DNA of 64,000 bases from Octopus sinensis (GCF_006345805.1 NC_043013.1:33914001-33978000), one strand, 5' to 3'; shown: positions 41,059-53,992, numbered from the stretch's first letter. Notes: generated by a model not told the origin, from the letters alone. Numbers and translations are program-made.

Positions 41059-42404
41059 CATTCCTATCATGGTTGTTGCCTATACATTTATCTACATTTC
41101 TATCAATTAATTTGCCTCACTGTCTTTCTACTTATTAATCTATCATTAACAGAGGTCACATCTAATTAAGTAGCTAAGTGCCTATTAATTTATGAAACAA
41201 ACTATTTATACCAAGCTTCTACTAGGCAGACCAAAGCACGAATATTTAAAATGCTATGTCCAGAGGCTCAGAAGGAAAATTAAGATTTAAACTCCAGACC
41301 ACCTGAAGGGGAGAAAAGAACATGTAGATTCTTACATATACAGGATGTCTAATTAGTAAGCCAGCAGTTAACAACTGTAATTGAAAACCTGATAGACTTA
41401 TGAGGCATATTGGTAAAATCTGGAATCTGCAGAGAATGGTAAATGTCTGCCTCGACAATAATTAGCCCATAGAAGACTTTGTAGTAAAGTTTAATAAGTT
41501 CAATTGCTGTAAGCGGTGAAGAATCTAACATCAGTGTTTCGTGAGCATATGTATGTGTGTACGTGTGTGTGTATGAGTGTTTGTGTGTAAGTGTTTGTAT
41601 GTGTTTGTGCATGAGTGTGTGTATGTTTGTGTGAGTGTGCATGTGTTTGCAAGTGTGTGAGCATGTGCATGGCTGTAAGACTGTCTGTGCGAATATTTTT
41701 CGGTGAGTGCATGTATGGGTTCTGGTATGCGTGTTTCAATGTCTCCCTGTCTATATGTGTGACTGTGTCTATATCTGTGCTAGTGCTTCTGTACATATGT
41801 GTGTACGTATGACTATCTGCTCTAACACTTGTTTCCATTTGTATGCATATGTGTGTATTCGTGTTAGCATACGTGTGTGTGTGTGTGTGTGAATGTACTA
41901 ATGAATGAAGATATAAGTTCTGTAGTAGAATCTATTTCTTCATTTGAAGCTGATGTTTGCCGTTCTTGCTAATATAAGTTTACCTCCTATTATCGGAATG
42001 AACAAGGCGACGTAGGAGGAACTCAGAGTAACAAGGAAAAGACAGAATCACCAGATTTGAACAAATAGGTATAAGTAGTGACACCACAACCCCCACTTAC
42101 ATTATTTTTAGACTCGTTATCATCAACAACACAACAACAACAACAACAAAATTGCTTTTATATCCTGGTTTTCTAAGTCTGAGTGTATGATTTGAGGCAG
42201 ATTTTTAAAGCACAATGACATTTCTGATATCAACTCTTATGACAAAGATATGGTAGCTATTCTAAAAGCTGGGAAACAGACATGCATACACATTTACATC
42301 TCTATCTATCTATCTTTCTATCTGTCTATCTATCTATCTATCTTTCTATATATATGTTTGCATGTATGTATGTATATATATCTGTGTGTGTGTATATATA
42401 TAAA

Positions 42405-42768
42405 CATATGGCTGTAAGATAAGAAGCTTGCTTCCCAGACACATGGTTCTGGGTTCAGTCCCACTGTGTGCTACCTTGGGCAATTGTCTTCTACTATAGC
42501 CTCGGGTCGACCAAAGCCTTATGTGTGGAGTTGGTAGACGGAAACTGAAAGAAGCCTGTTGTATATATATATATGTATATATATATTTGTGTGTCTGTGT
42601 TTGTCCCCTCAACATCGCTTGACAACTGATGCTGGTGTGTTTACATCCCTGTAACTTAGCAGTTCAGCAAGAGAGACTGATAGAATAAGTACTAGGCTTA
42701 ACTAAAGGTGGTGCTCCAGCATGGCAGCAGTCAAATGACTGAAACAAATAAAAGAGTAAAAGAATAGG
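42405..42768 (+). mobile_element. SINE family A
   Basis: Head, B box, (TA)n centre and tail; short internal deletion in the right arm. Confidence 0.88.
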
Positions 42769-43391
42769 AATGTATGCATATAGTGTGTGTGTGTGTGTGT
42801 GTGCGTGCGTGCGTGTGTGTGAGAGCACATGTGTCAGTATACACATGCACAATTGCATACATATATATATTATCCCTCCCTTCCATATTGTGTGTCTTTC
42901 TGTAATACTTCACGACCATTTAACCTACAAGAAATGGCAGCCAAACTGCTCTTAAACCACAATTTGCAGTTTTAAGTATTTGCTGTATAATATGTCTGTA
43001 AAAGAAAATTGCGATGGTAACAACAGTACCAAAACAGATCTATGAAACTATGACCGTCATTATTATCATTTAACGTCCATATTCCATGCTATTATGGATT
43101 GGACATGTGGACAGGATCCATTTAGCTCAAGGACTACATTGTGCTCCAGTGTCTGCTGTGCATGGTTTCTATGGCAGGATGCCCTTTCTAGTTCCAACCT
43201 CTTTACAGTATGCTCTGTGGTCATTTTGTTACCATATTTCTGTTGAAATATTCTCCTTTTTGGTTTTTCAATTTATTTTGGAAATAAAGAATAGTTATTA
43301 CTATGAATTTTCCATTAGTAAGGTGCAGTCTAGAACAAAGTAGAATAAAATTTTGATAGAAGATTTCACTTTCGGTCACTTTAAGAAAGAA

Positions 43392-43571
43392 AATCACAGG
43401 TGTCTAATCACAGGTATCTAATCACAGGTGTCACAGGAGCAATCACAGGTATCTAATTACAGGTGTCTAATCACAGGTGTCTGATCACAGGTGTCTAATC
43501 ACAGGTGTCTAATCACATGTGTCTAATCACAGGTGTCTAATCACGTGTCACAGGAGCAATCACAGGTATCT
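43392..43571. repeat. 14-bp minisatellite (AATCACAGGTGTCT)x12
   Basis: Twelve units counted, with two acaggagc interruptions at 43433 and 43550. Confidence 0.95.
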
Positions 43572-43584
43572 AAAAGATATTATT

Positions 43585-44252
43585 TTATTTTGTTTTGTTC
43601 ATTAGACTGTGGCCATACTGGGGCACTGTCTTCAAGGGTTTTAGTTGCATGAATTGACCCTATTACTTTTCATTTATTAAGCCTGGCACATATTCTATCA
43701 GTCTCTTTTGCCAAACCACTAAGTTACAGGGATGTAAACTCACTAACAATGATTATGAAGCAGTGAAGGAGGACAAACACAGACACACAGACATACGTGA
43801 CTCATCAAGCCAAGTGAAATCGTAGTTCTAGCCAATGCAGGTGTCATGTAATTAGCACCTGTGCTGGTGGCACGTTAAAGTACTCATGCTGGTGGCACAT
43901 AAAAGCACTCACACGAGTGGCATGTAAAAGGCACCCATTACACTCTTGGAATGGTTGGCATTAGGAAGGGCATCCAGCTGTAGAAACCGTGCCAAATCAG
44001 GCTGGAATCTGGTGCAGTTCTCTGGCTTACTAGTTGCAGTCAAGCCATCTAACCCATGGCAGCATGGAAAGTGGACGTTAAATGATTATGATGATCATGA
44101 TGATATATATATATATGCACAATGGGCATCCTTCAGTTTCCATCAGCCAAATGCACTCAGAAGGCTTTGGTTAGCCCATGGCTATAATAGAAGACACTTG
44201 CCCCACGTGGTTGTGAAGCAAACTTCTTACCACACAGCCACTCCTGAACCTA
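43585..44252 (-). mobile_element. SINE family A split by a family C insertion (43797-44105, + strand) in its central microsatellite
   Basis: Right arm 43585-43795; family C ends gttaaatgattatgatgat at ~44105; left arm 44110-44252. Confidence 0.8.
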
Positions 44253-45031
44253 TGTCGTAAATAAATTTTACCACAAATAATTTAGGTTCAAGACAGATAA
44301 TTGTGAGTGGAAGGTATTAATTGATGCCATCAATACCAGCACGTGAGTGATGCTATATTTTATCAACCATTAAAGGATGAGCAGCAAACTTGGCTTGAGA
44401 CAAGTAATCAAAATGCTATAGAATATCTATCTATAACTTAAAGATTTTTCAATGGGCACCCTCTTGGTTTATATAAAAGAGGACACATTAGACAGTGTAG
44501 TCTTTAATATACAAAAAGATTGGGTGGTCATGGCTGGAACATTTTCAATTATAGTTCTGACCAATCAGATTTGACCTTGGGTTAAACAACAGTGATAACA
44601 GCCGCAATGATAGCAATGCTGGTATATATTTTATCGTATAGATTTTTTTTTGCTTTTCTTCTTGTTCTGAACTGCACTCTACAGCATTTTATCAAAATAT
44701 ACTTTATCATATCACCGCACCCTGAACCATGCCACACTCTGTCATAACGTACACCAGACTTGTATACTGATGTACAATTTCTAGAGAATCAGTACAAATG
44801 GAACAAAGCACAAATACATTGAAGCTTCTTACTCAGTGCCAGTAATAACAATCTCTCTACATGCATGAAGGAATCGGTAGGAAAAAAATTCCAATATATT
44901 AATTATAACCAAAATCAATACTGTCTCTAAGACTGATTTGCTGACCGAAAAATCCTAATTTGGCTTTTTCTATTTGTTTGGAGAAGTATATGTATACATA
45001 TATATATACCTATATATAAATACAAATACAT

Positions 45032-45063
<32 letters not shown>

Positions 45064-46472
45064 CACAAATACATACATTATATATACACACATACATATA
45101 TACTTATATATATACATATATTTATATTTGTCATTTTTTTTATTGGTTACAACAACAAAAACAGCAATTCTAGCAACAACTGCAAAGCATACAATTACAA
45201 TGATAAGTATATGTTGTGCGCAATACAAAATACCATCACATAATACACTGAATACTATAAACATATACATCTTTAGGAATACATATGTACATACATATAT
45301 ACAGATAGACAGATATATGTATGTTGTGGTGTCATTTTGGCATGGTGGTTAGTCCAGCATTACAGTTTACAGCACACATGTTCAAATCCCACAGAGTGTA
45401 ATAAATTTTTGTCCTCTGTAAAGTGAATAATTTAATTTAATGTGATAAAATGTTTAATGGATCTTATATTCTCGATCATGTTACACTGATGAAATCCAAC
45501 TAGACTGAAATAGTAGCTGTCTATGAATGTTGAGGACTCTTAGGATTAAAAGAAAAATTAACAAGAGAACATTTGATCAAATAAATACGTTATGTGCATT
45601 TTGTTCCTACCGTTTGCAATGAAAAATTAGAAATGATTTTGACCCCTATCAAGATGATTCTCCCCCCTTTCAATGAAGATAAACAACCAATTAACTGAGA
45701 GATTACACACACACACACATATACATGCATGCATGCTGATTTAAAGACTACAGATTCAAACCATCATAAGAACTGTAAAAACCTGTATAATTTTCCAGCA
45801 TGTTATCATTTTAGTATATATGTGCATGTCTACTCAAGCAAATATATGCAAGAGAGCACATGCATGAAACAAAGCATAGAAATCTGCATATGCACTGACT
45901 CAAAATATTGCACACATATACACAAACATGCACAAACGCTGTTGATATTGCTGAAATTCTTATAAAGGGGATTTGGATCTCAGAAACCAACTCTTTCTCT
46001 ATTAACAAGAAATCTTGAAATAAAACTGAAGAATGACATACATATATGCTAACATAGATATGTGTGTATGTATATATATATATATATATATATGTAACTT
46101 ATATGTGTATGTATATATATATATATATATAACTTATATATATATACATACATACACACATGCATATATACATACACACATACATATATGCATACATATA
46201 TATATATATATTATATATATATATATATATCTTTTACTCTGTTACTTGTTTCAGTCATTTGACAGTGGCCATGCTGGAGCACCACCTTCACTCGAGCAAA
46301 TCGACCCCAGGACTTATTCTTTGTAAGCCAAGTACTTATTCTATCCATTTCTTTTGCTGAACCGCTAAGTTATGGGGACGTAAACACACAGCATTGGTTG
46401 TCAAGTGATGTTGGGAGGACAAACACAGACACACAAACACACATACACACATATATATATATATGTATATAA

Positions 46473-46775
46473 TATTAAATTAGAGATAAAACCACTATTA
46501 GGCAAATTATACAATGAAAAACTTAAGCCAATACATAAGATTATTTAATTTATATTATTTAAATATATAACAAAATTATTTTAAAAAATATAATTAATAT
46601 AATACTACGATCGTTTCATGGCTGTTAATTTCTTTAAATTTTCGAGTTACAGTCATTCATCAGGTGGTTTAAATATTTAACTTGGCGAGGTTTAATCAAT
46701 TAAATAATCTTATGTATTGGCTTAAGTTTTTCATTGTATGATTTGCCTAATAGTGGTTTTATCTCTAATTTAATA
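46473..46775. repeat. 78-bp inverted repeats (1 mismatch) with a 147-bp spacer; probable Penelope-like pseudo-LTR relic
   Basis: 46473-46550 is the reverse complement of 46698-46775 except at one position. Penelope origin inferred from the hammerhead in the spacer. Confidence 0.85.
46606..46663 (-). ncRNA. Type I hammerhead ribozyme-like motif (canonical core)
   Basis: Minus strand CUGAUGA-augacugu..(loop)..acagccau-GAAAC-GAUC-GUA; stem II 7/8 paired; palindromic stem III; stem I weak. Confidence 0.65.
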
Positions 46776-46879
46776 TAATATAATATTTTACTATAAAATT
46801 GGATTCAATCCTAAATCTGATTTTTCCCTGTAAGTTTGGATTTATTCCCTAATATTTATTATATATGTATATATATATG

Positions 46880-46926
<47 letters not shown>

Positions 46927-47128
46927 CACGACGTGCTTCTTTCAGTTTCCGTCTATCAAATCCACTCACAAGGCTTTGGTGGGCCTGAGGCTCTTGTAGA
47001 TGACACTTGCCCAAAGGGTCACACAGGGGGACTGAACCCAGAACCATATGGTTGGTAAGCAAGCTACTTACCACACAGCCACTCCTGCACCCATATATGT
47101 ATATATATATATATATTATATATATATA

Positions 47129-47252
<124 letters not shown>

Positions 47253-48058
47253 GGACTACTTGCAACTAACAAATCTACTACAACTGGAATTTTCACACCC
47301 AATATTACTAATGTAAATAGCACTAATATTACAACTAAAATCACAACTATCACAGTAACCCCTAACCACCACCATTACTAATACTGCAGCTGCTGCTGCT
47401 ACTAACAACAACAAAATTCAAAACACAAATATTACAAATGAAGCTTGAAAAAACATTGCTGTACAGACTAGTGTAGATAATTATATTGACAATTTTGCAC
47501 TTAAATGTTCACCACCACCACCACCACTACCAACCAACGCCATCATGATAAAACCACAACTATTAAATATAATTACCTCATCACCCGACACTAACAGACA
47601 TCTTTCCACATTCACCTTTCCATTTTTTTTGTTCTCAGTCCTATTCACCATCAATGCACCACTCACTGTGTCCTGCCAAATGTGGGTTTCCATCCATTTT
47701 CTTTTTACAGACGCTATATACACACCTGTACTGAATTGTGTGTCGATATATTTGTGCATATGCAAACACACACACATGCACACACATATGTGTGCATGCA
47801 TAAATATGCACTCAAACACACACAATATATATATATATATATATATAAATATATATATGCATATATATATATATGCATACAGGACATCACCAACTGTGTA
47901 AACAACATGAAGTACGAAAACAAATGAGTTGAGTCCAAAAACAATGATAGAAACATATGGAGAACAAGACAAGTAACACAGAGAATGACTCTTCAGATAT
48001 CGGCCGTCTATCTTCTCTTTATTTCAAGCATTCAATGACAATATGAGTCTATATACAT

Positions 48059-48108
<50 letters not shown>

Positions 48109-48167
48109 TATGGAGATGTACTTGCATAGCAAGTGATTTGATCCAAGATTGTGTGCTGGAACAAAAA

Positions 48168-48453
48168 CAATTGCAGCATGGAAGGTGTTTGTAAGCCATT
48201 TAAGAAACACACAAAAGCCGTTCGATTCACTTCAACATTTAAGTTTAATTTGTCAAAATATTTTCGTCGCTATAAGACCGCGACCTGTTCACTGACAAAA
48301 ATCCGTGATGCAACACGAATTTTTGTCAGTGAACAGGTCGCGGTCTTATAGCGCCGAAAATATTTTGACAAATTAAACTTAAATGTTGAAGTGAATCGAA
48401 CGGCTTTTTGGTTTTTCTTAAATGGCTAACAAATACCTTCCACGCTGCAATTG
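48168..48453. repeat. 286-bp fold-back palindrome (140-bp arms, 8 mismatches, 6-nt loop)
   Basis: Arms 48168-48307 and 48314-48453 compared base by base. Confidence 0.95.
48322..48372 (+). ncRNA. Hammerhead-like fold with G3:C8 core variant (mirror copy at 48249-48299, minus strand)
   Basis: uuuguca-GUGAACA-stem II-GAAA-AUAUU-U-ugacaaa; the 7-bp stem I closes exactly at the expected positions. Confidence 0.5.
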
Positions 48454-48497
<44 letters not shown>

Positions 48498-48561
48498 CAA
48501 ATTTTCATATATATTTTTACAATATGTATAAGTTTATACACATAATATGTATATATATATT

Positions 48562-48780
48562 TAAAGACGATGAGCTGACAGAATTGTCGGCACGCCGGGC
48601 AAAATGCTTAGCAGCATTTCATCCATCTTTATGTCCTGAGTTCAAATTCCACCAAGGTCGACATTGCCTTTCATCCTTTTGGGATTAATAAATTGAGTAC
48701 CAGTAAAGCACTAGGGTTGATGTAATCAACTATCTCCCTTCCCCCAAATTCCAGGCCTTGTATCTATAGTAGAAAAGAAT
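48562..48780 (+). mobile_element. SINE family B
   Basis: Head gacgatgagctgacagaattg, B box gagttcaaattcc, tail tagtagaaaag. Confidence 0.88.
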
Positions 48781-48879
48781 ATGCCTATGTATATATATTC
48801 AACGTTATACAATATATAAATATACACACACACACACATGTTCATCATGTTATATGCAGAGAAGCATCTAAATTGGTGT

Positions 48880-49200
48880 TTCTGTTAAAACTGTTTCCAA
48901 GAAGGCAAATGAGAGTAAGAGAAGAAATATATACCTGGGCTGTTGGTGCTACACAGAAGCAGTGAGGTAGATGCAGAGGGTTTGCCAGCCAGTCCATCTG
49001 CAGAGTTTACAACATGTGTTTCATCACAGAAGCCAGTGAACAAAAGGCCATCAAGCTTATGATAGAGACAACAGAGGCTGCATGGAAACAATTGCATATC
49101 AGGAAAGATGAGCTCTGGGATGAGCAGTGAATGCCACCAGGGGCAGTGCTAACTAGACACAAGTTGGAGTTTGGTCAATCTTGTTTGGATCACCTGGGTG
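48880..49200 (+). pseudogene. HERO/NeSL-like RLE non-LTR retrotransposon C-terminal remnant
   Basis: KANESKRR..., then EV(G)CRGFASQSICRVY...KAIKLMIETTEAAWKQLHIRKDELW* (48972-49130), matching the EVGCRGF motif of RLE clades; frameshifted. Clade from recall. Confidence 0.7.
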
Positions 49201-49248
49201 TGATTGCCTAATGTTCGTACATCAAAGGACAACGTATGAAAATATATA

Positions 49249-49385
49249 TTAGGTTGTCTGGAAAGTTCTGAGTGTTTTTTTAATATGAAAAATGTGGTAT
49301 AAATGATTGAGCTTTCAATAAAATTTACTCATTGAAATAATTTCCATTATTATTAATGACCTTTTACCATTTATAAAGACTTCAG
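49249..49385. mobile_element. Mariner terminal fragment related to the 8112 element
   Basis: TA|ttaggttgtctggaaagttc resembles ttgggttgtccggaaagttc. Confidence 0.65.
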
Positions 49386-49389
49386 AAAA

Positions 49390-50000
49390 ACACTTACTGA
49401 AAGACAATATCCACCTTCACTTATAGATGATGGAATTAAGTGTGCCAAGAAAATAGACACAAAATGCTAAGGATAACAAAACATAATGCGGCACCTCATC
49501 TCAAAACACCACTGTATATATCAACACACAACCCTAGAAACAATGAGGCATACAACACTATTGTGCAAAATCTTCCTTTACTAACTAGAGACTCCAAAAT
49601 GAACAACATCCTGAAAGCACATCAATTCATCAAATGCAGAAAGCAACATAAATCGGTAAAGAGACTTCTAGCGAATGCAACGCTTTACACAACAACCACA
49701 AAACAAAGTTAAAAAATGTGGATGCCCAAACTGTGGAACATGCCCCAACCTACTTGAAGGCTCAGATTTCCTTTTCAAAGAAGGAGAGAGGTTCACAATT
49801 AAAACTAACTTCACTTGTGCCTCTGAGAATCTAATTTATGCAATAACCTTGTCAGGTTGTGGATATCACTATATAGGACAGACAAGTGTGACATTGAGAC
49901 AGAGAACCGCTCTACATAAAGAGCAGATCTGGTTCTTGCAATATTTTGGGATTAAGCAATATGCGGGTATTCTGTTTCAGATAATACAAAAATAACCCAA
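49390..50000 (+). pseudogene. Penelope-like element remnant: linker and GIY-YIG endonuclease
   Basis: KCGCPNCGTC...NFTCASENLIYAITLSGCGYHYIGQTSVTLRQRTALH: Penelope CxxxxCxxC / IY..YIG-T..L..R..H signature; frameshifted. Confidence 0.9.
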
Positions 50001-51054
50001 TGAGTATATCTGACAGTAAACTCATGGTGTCAGTTTGCACATCATGAAATAACACTTAAAGGATATAACCTAAATTACCAGCTATATAATATACTTCATT
50101 AATTATATTATACTTTAGTTAATACTTAAATTTATTAAATATGAAGGAACTACACGTGTTTCAGTATTGGAAGATTGCAATATATAAACATATACATAAC
50201 TGTATACCTATATATATACATATATAAATACATATATGCAATCATCAGATTTATAATTATTCCAACATCTCTTTAGGTTCTATTTCAAAATATATATATC
50301 TAATTTTACATCCCTTTAAAAATAAGCAATGCAATTAAGCATTAAAGATTAAAAATTAAGAATTAGAAACTAAGAATAAAAAATTATGAAAAAAAATTAA
50401 GAATAAAAATTTTAAAATTATATATTATAAATATGAATTAGTATATATAATATATATATATATATATATCAATCATGTAAAATCAAGTATATGTCAAATA
50501 CAGAATTAAAAGTTAAAAAACCCCCCAGAACAAGCCACAAGTATGTTTAAAACTATCAAGATGATGTCTGCACATATCAAGTATAGAGAAAGTATTATAT
50601 TCTTACCTACTTATAAGACAGACAGACAAATAGGTAGATAGATAGATAGACAGATATGTAGATAAATAGAAAGATACATAGATACGTAGATAAATAGATA
50701 GATAGATGCGTAAATTTATATATAGATAAACCGATGTTAAAAATTATTTTGCCTATTGTAACATTTTTATTTATCTAGTATTAGAATTTCCAATATGACC
50801 TCTGTGGAGAGAAATTGGGTTGTTATTGCTAGCAGGCGATACAACTGTGTGAAGGTCCTATCATTGCCTTGCTCACTATCTGTTTACATATGTGGGTGTG
50901 AAAGTGTCTGTGTGTGTGTGTCTATGTGTTGCTAATGCCTGTATGTGTATATGACATACGAGAAGTAGGGGGTCAATATAAGATTTTGCTGTTATTGGAA
51001 ATAAATTGTTTATACTTCTACAAAACACAGGAATTAAAATTTTTCATACAGGTA

Positions 51055-51462
51055 TTACTGTGTGGCAAGAAGCTTGCTTTCCAGCGACATGGTTCTGGGG
51101 TCAGTCCCACTGTGTGGCACCTTGAGCAAGTGTCTTCTACTATAGCCTCGGGCCGACCAAAGCTTTGTGAGTGGATTTGGTAGACAGAAACTGAAAGAAG
51201 CCTGTCGTGTGTATATATATATGTACTTATCTATCTATATATATATTTATGTGTGTGTCTTTGTGTTTGTCCCCCTACCATTGCTTGACAACTGATGTTA
51301 GTGTGTTTAAGTCTTTGAAACATAGTGGTTCAGCAAAAGAGGCCGATAGATTAAGTACTAGGCTTACAAAGAAAAATCCTTGGGTGCGATTTCTTTTGAC
51401 CAAAGGCGGTGCTCCAGCATGGCCTCGGTCAAATGTCTGAAACATATAAAAGAGTAAAAGAG
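51055..51462 (+). mobile_element. SINE family A
   Basis: Head to the (GTAAAAGA)n tail. Confidence 0.88.
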
Positions 51463-51896
51463 TAAGCTCTTATATTTGATTATAAAAATACAGTAGGATG
51501 ATTTTTTTTATATGGCTGTGAAGGTCGAACAGAAGAAAATAGGAACCGAAGGGCTCCATAGATAAAAAATTAATGAGAACCACTGTTGGACTTGGTCCCT
51601 TGTTAGACTTATAGGATTCAAGTGAAGTGAACAGGGATAAATATGTTGTAATCTTCATACAACCCACTTCAATAAAACAGGCCACTCCATTTTACCATTT
51701 ATCCATGTGTCTTCAGATCATGGTTCTGTATACTCAAGATATTAGAAGAGATGGCATATTATTCAAACTTAGAACCACGAAGGGTTTGAATTAACGTTTT
51801 TCCATCTATTTCCACACATATTGTTAGTTCCATAATCCATTTCTTAAAAGGTAGCTCCCCTTTCACTTCATCTCACCCTTGCACACTTTTCTATAT

Positions 51897-52030
51897 CAGT
51901 TCTCCTTAGATGGTATGCTGTGGCACACTGGTGTGCCACGAGACGATACCAAGTGTGCTGCAATGTAACCTGAATATAATTTTTTCCCTGTACTCTTAGT
52001 TATGTATTTAGTTCAGGTGTGTTGCTGAAT
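51897..52030. mobile_element. Possible hAT/Charlie-type MITE relic
   Basis: gtggcacac-tg-gtgtgccac palindrome near a cagt- end; a gagaaccactg end-like motif at ~51585. Confidence 0.35.
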
Positions 52031-52605
52031 TTTGAAAAGAATATAAGTGTAACACAAGTGAAAAAAGGTTGCAAAGCAGTGCTCTATATCATTTCCTTTT
52101 TCCTTTCTTCTTCCTTGTTTATCTAGATTCTCTCCCCTACAACTACTTACCTACAAATGTAAGCTTATATTGTTTTGAGTTCCCCATCAGATGCAGCCAT
52201 TTGCACAAACATGAAGGGTGTAAAATTTTGCATCATTCATTTTTATTCTCCTCCTGTCATCTTAATCCTGAAGAAGAACCGTCTGGAATGTTGGAAACTC
52301 TACTCCTCGTGGTAATTTCCCCATAGTCTTACATACATATACACAAACATATATACATACATGCATACATACATACATGCATGCATGAATGCAGACATAC
52401 ATACATACATACATACATGCATGCATACATACATATGTAAATATATAGAAACATACATAAACACTCATTCACACATTTATTCACCATCCCACATATATAT
52501 ATATGCACACACACACATATATACATACACACATACATACATACATACATACATACATACATACATACATACATACATACATAATACATGCATACATACA
52601 TACAT

Positions 52606-52702
<97 letters not shown>

Positions 52703-52895
52703 AACAATATTCTATTCTGAAAATATTAAATCTTTTCCTAAATGAAATCAAATAAATAATTTTTTTCTTGCATAATTAGAAAAAAAAAGGAAGCAAGAAA
52801 ATTGAAAATTTATAAGTTTGTTTTGATCCCACTGAGCAGTTCCAATTTTCTTTTGCTAATAAGATCATCTATCTATCAATCTATCTACATATATA

Positions 52896-52975
<80 letters not shown>

Positions 52976-52986
52976 CATATATATAT

Positions 52987-53031
<45 letters not shown>

Positions 53032-53611
53032 GATAGATAGATAGATAGATAAATAGATATAGATATGTATTTGTGTGTTTAGTCAATAACATATTAATGC
53101 AACACACACACACAAACTGGCACATAATTAAAATATAATTTTTTTAAAAATCCACTATTCTATCATATGATCATATCTAAATCATAAATGATCGAGAAAT
53201 ATAAAGAAATACCGAAAATCAAAGGAGTAGTAAAGCACCACCGTCAGCACCACCACCAACTACAACAACAACAACAACAACAACAACAATAACAACAGCA
53301 GCAGTAGCAGCACTGCTGACATCTGTAATAGCAAGTTGAAAAGAATTAAAAAAAAGTGTGCAATATTATCATTGAAATTATTTCCAAGATGAAAATATTT
53401 TATAAAATAGAATTTTGAAAATTTTTGAAGTTTAATTATATTCAAATTGTGGTTAAAAAAATAGATGTCTATATGTAGGAAACAATTAAAAATGCCTATC
53501 TAAGAAATGTAAAAAAATATAAATAAGTTTTTAAAATATTCACAAATATTTGAATAAAAAATATAGGTCACTAGCCCACATATATTTATATATACACACA
53601 CACATGCATAC

Positions 53612-53660
<49 letters not shown>

Positions 53661-53992
53661 TATATATACATAAATATATACATACACAGTCACACAAAGC
53701 ACCCACTACACTCTTGGAGTGGTTTGCATTAGGAAAGGAATCCTGTGTCTTGCCAAACCCACTTTTATCGAAGTAATAAGAGAGTTGACACAATGACATG
53801 GTTCCAGGTTCAGTCCCACTGTATGGCACCTTCAGAAAGTATCTTTTACTATAGACTTGAGTTTGTTCTGAGTTCAAATTCCACTGCAGCCGACTTTGCC
53901 TTTCATCCTTTTGAGGTCAATAAAATAGGTACCACTAATCAAAATTATCCCCTCCCCCGAAATTGCTGGCCTTGTGCCAAAATTTGAAACTA

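Larger units (their letters stand above)
46230..47092 (-). mobile_element. SINE family A split by a ~390-bp inverted-repeat insert in its central microsatellite
   Basis: Right arm 46230-46445, left arm 46925-47092, insert ~46470-46860. Confidence 0.88.

Noticed and set aside
41212-41305. Minus-strand exon-like segment (ttttctccccttcAG ... ttg/GTataa)
   Set aside because: Stops in all three frames and a weak donor; cannot be supported without RNA data.
43392-43571. CRISPR-like or telomeric interpretation of the short tandem array
   Set aside because: No unique spacers, not TTAGGG-type, and the context is eukaryotic.
53200-53345. Minus-strand acceptor-like site before a (TGC)/(TGT) repeat
   Set aside because: Leads into a microsatellite; no donor identified.
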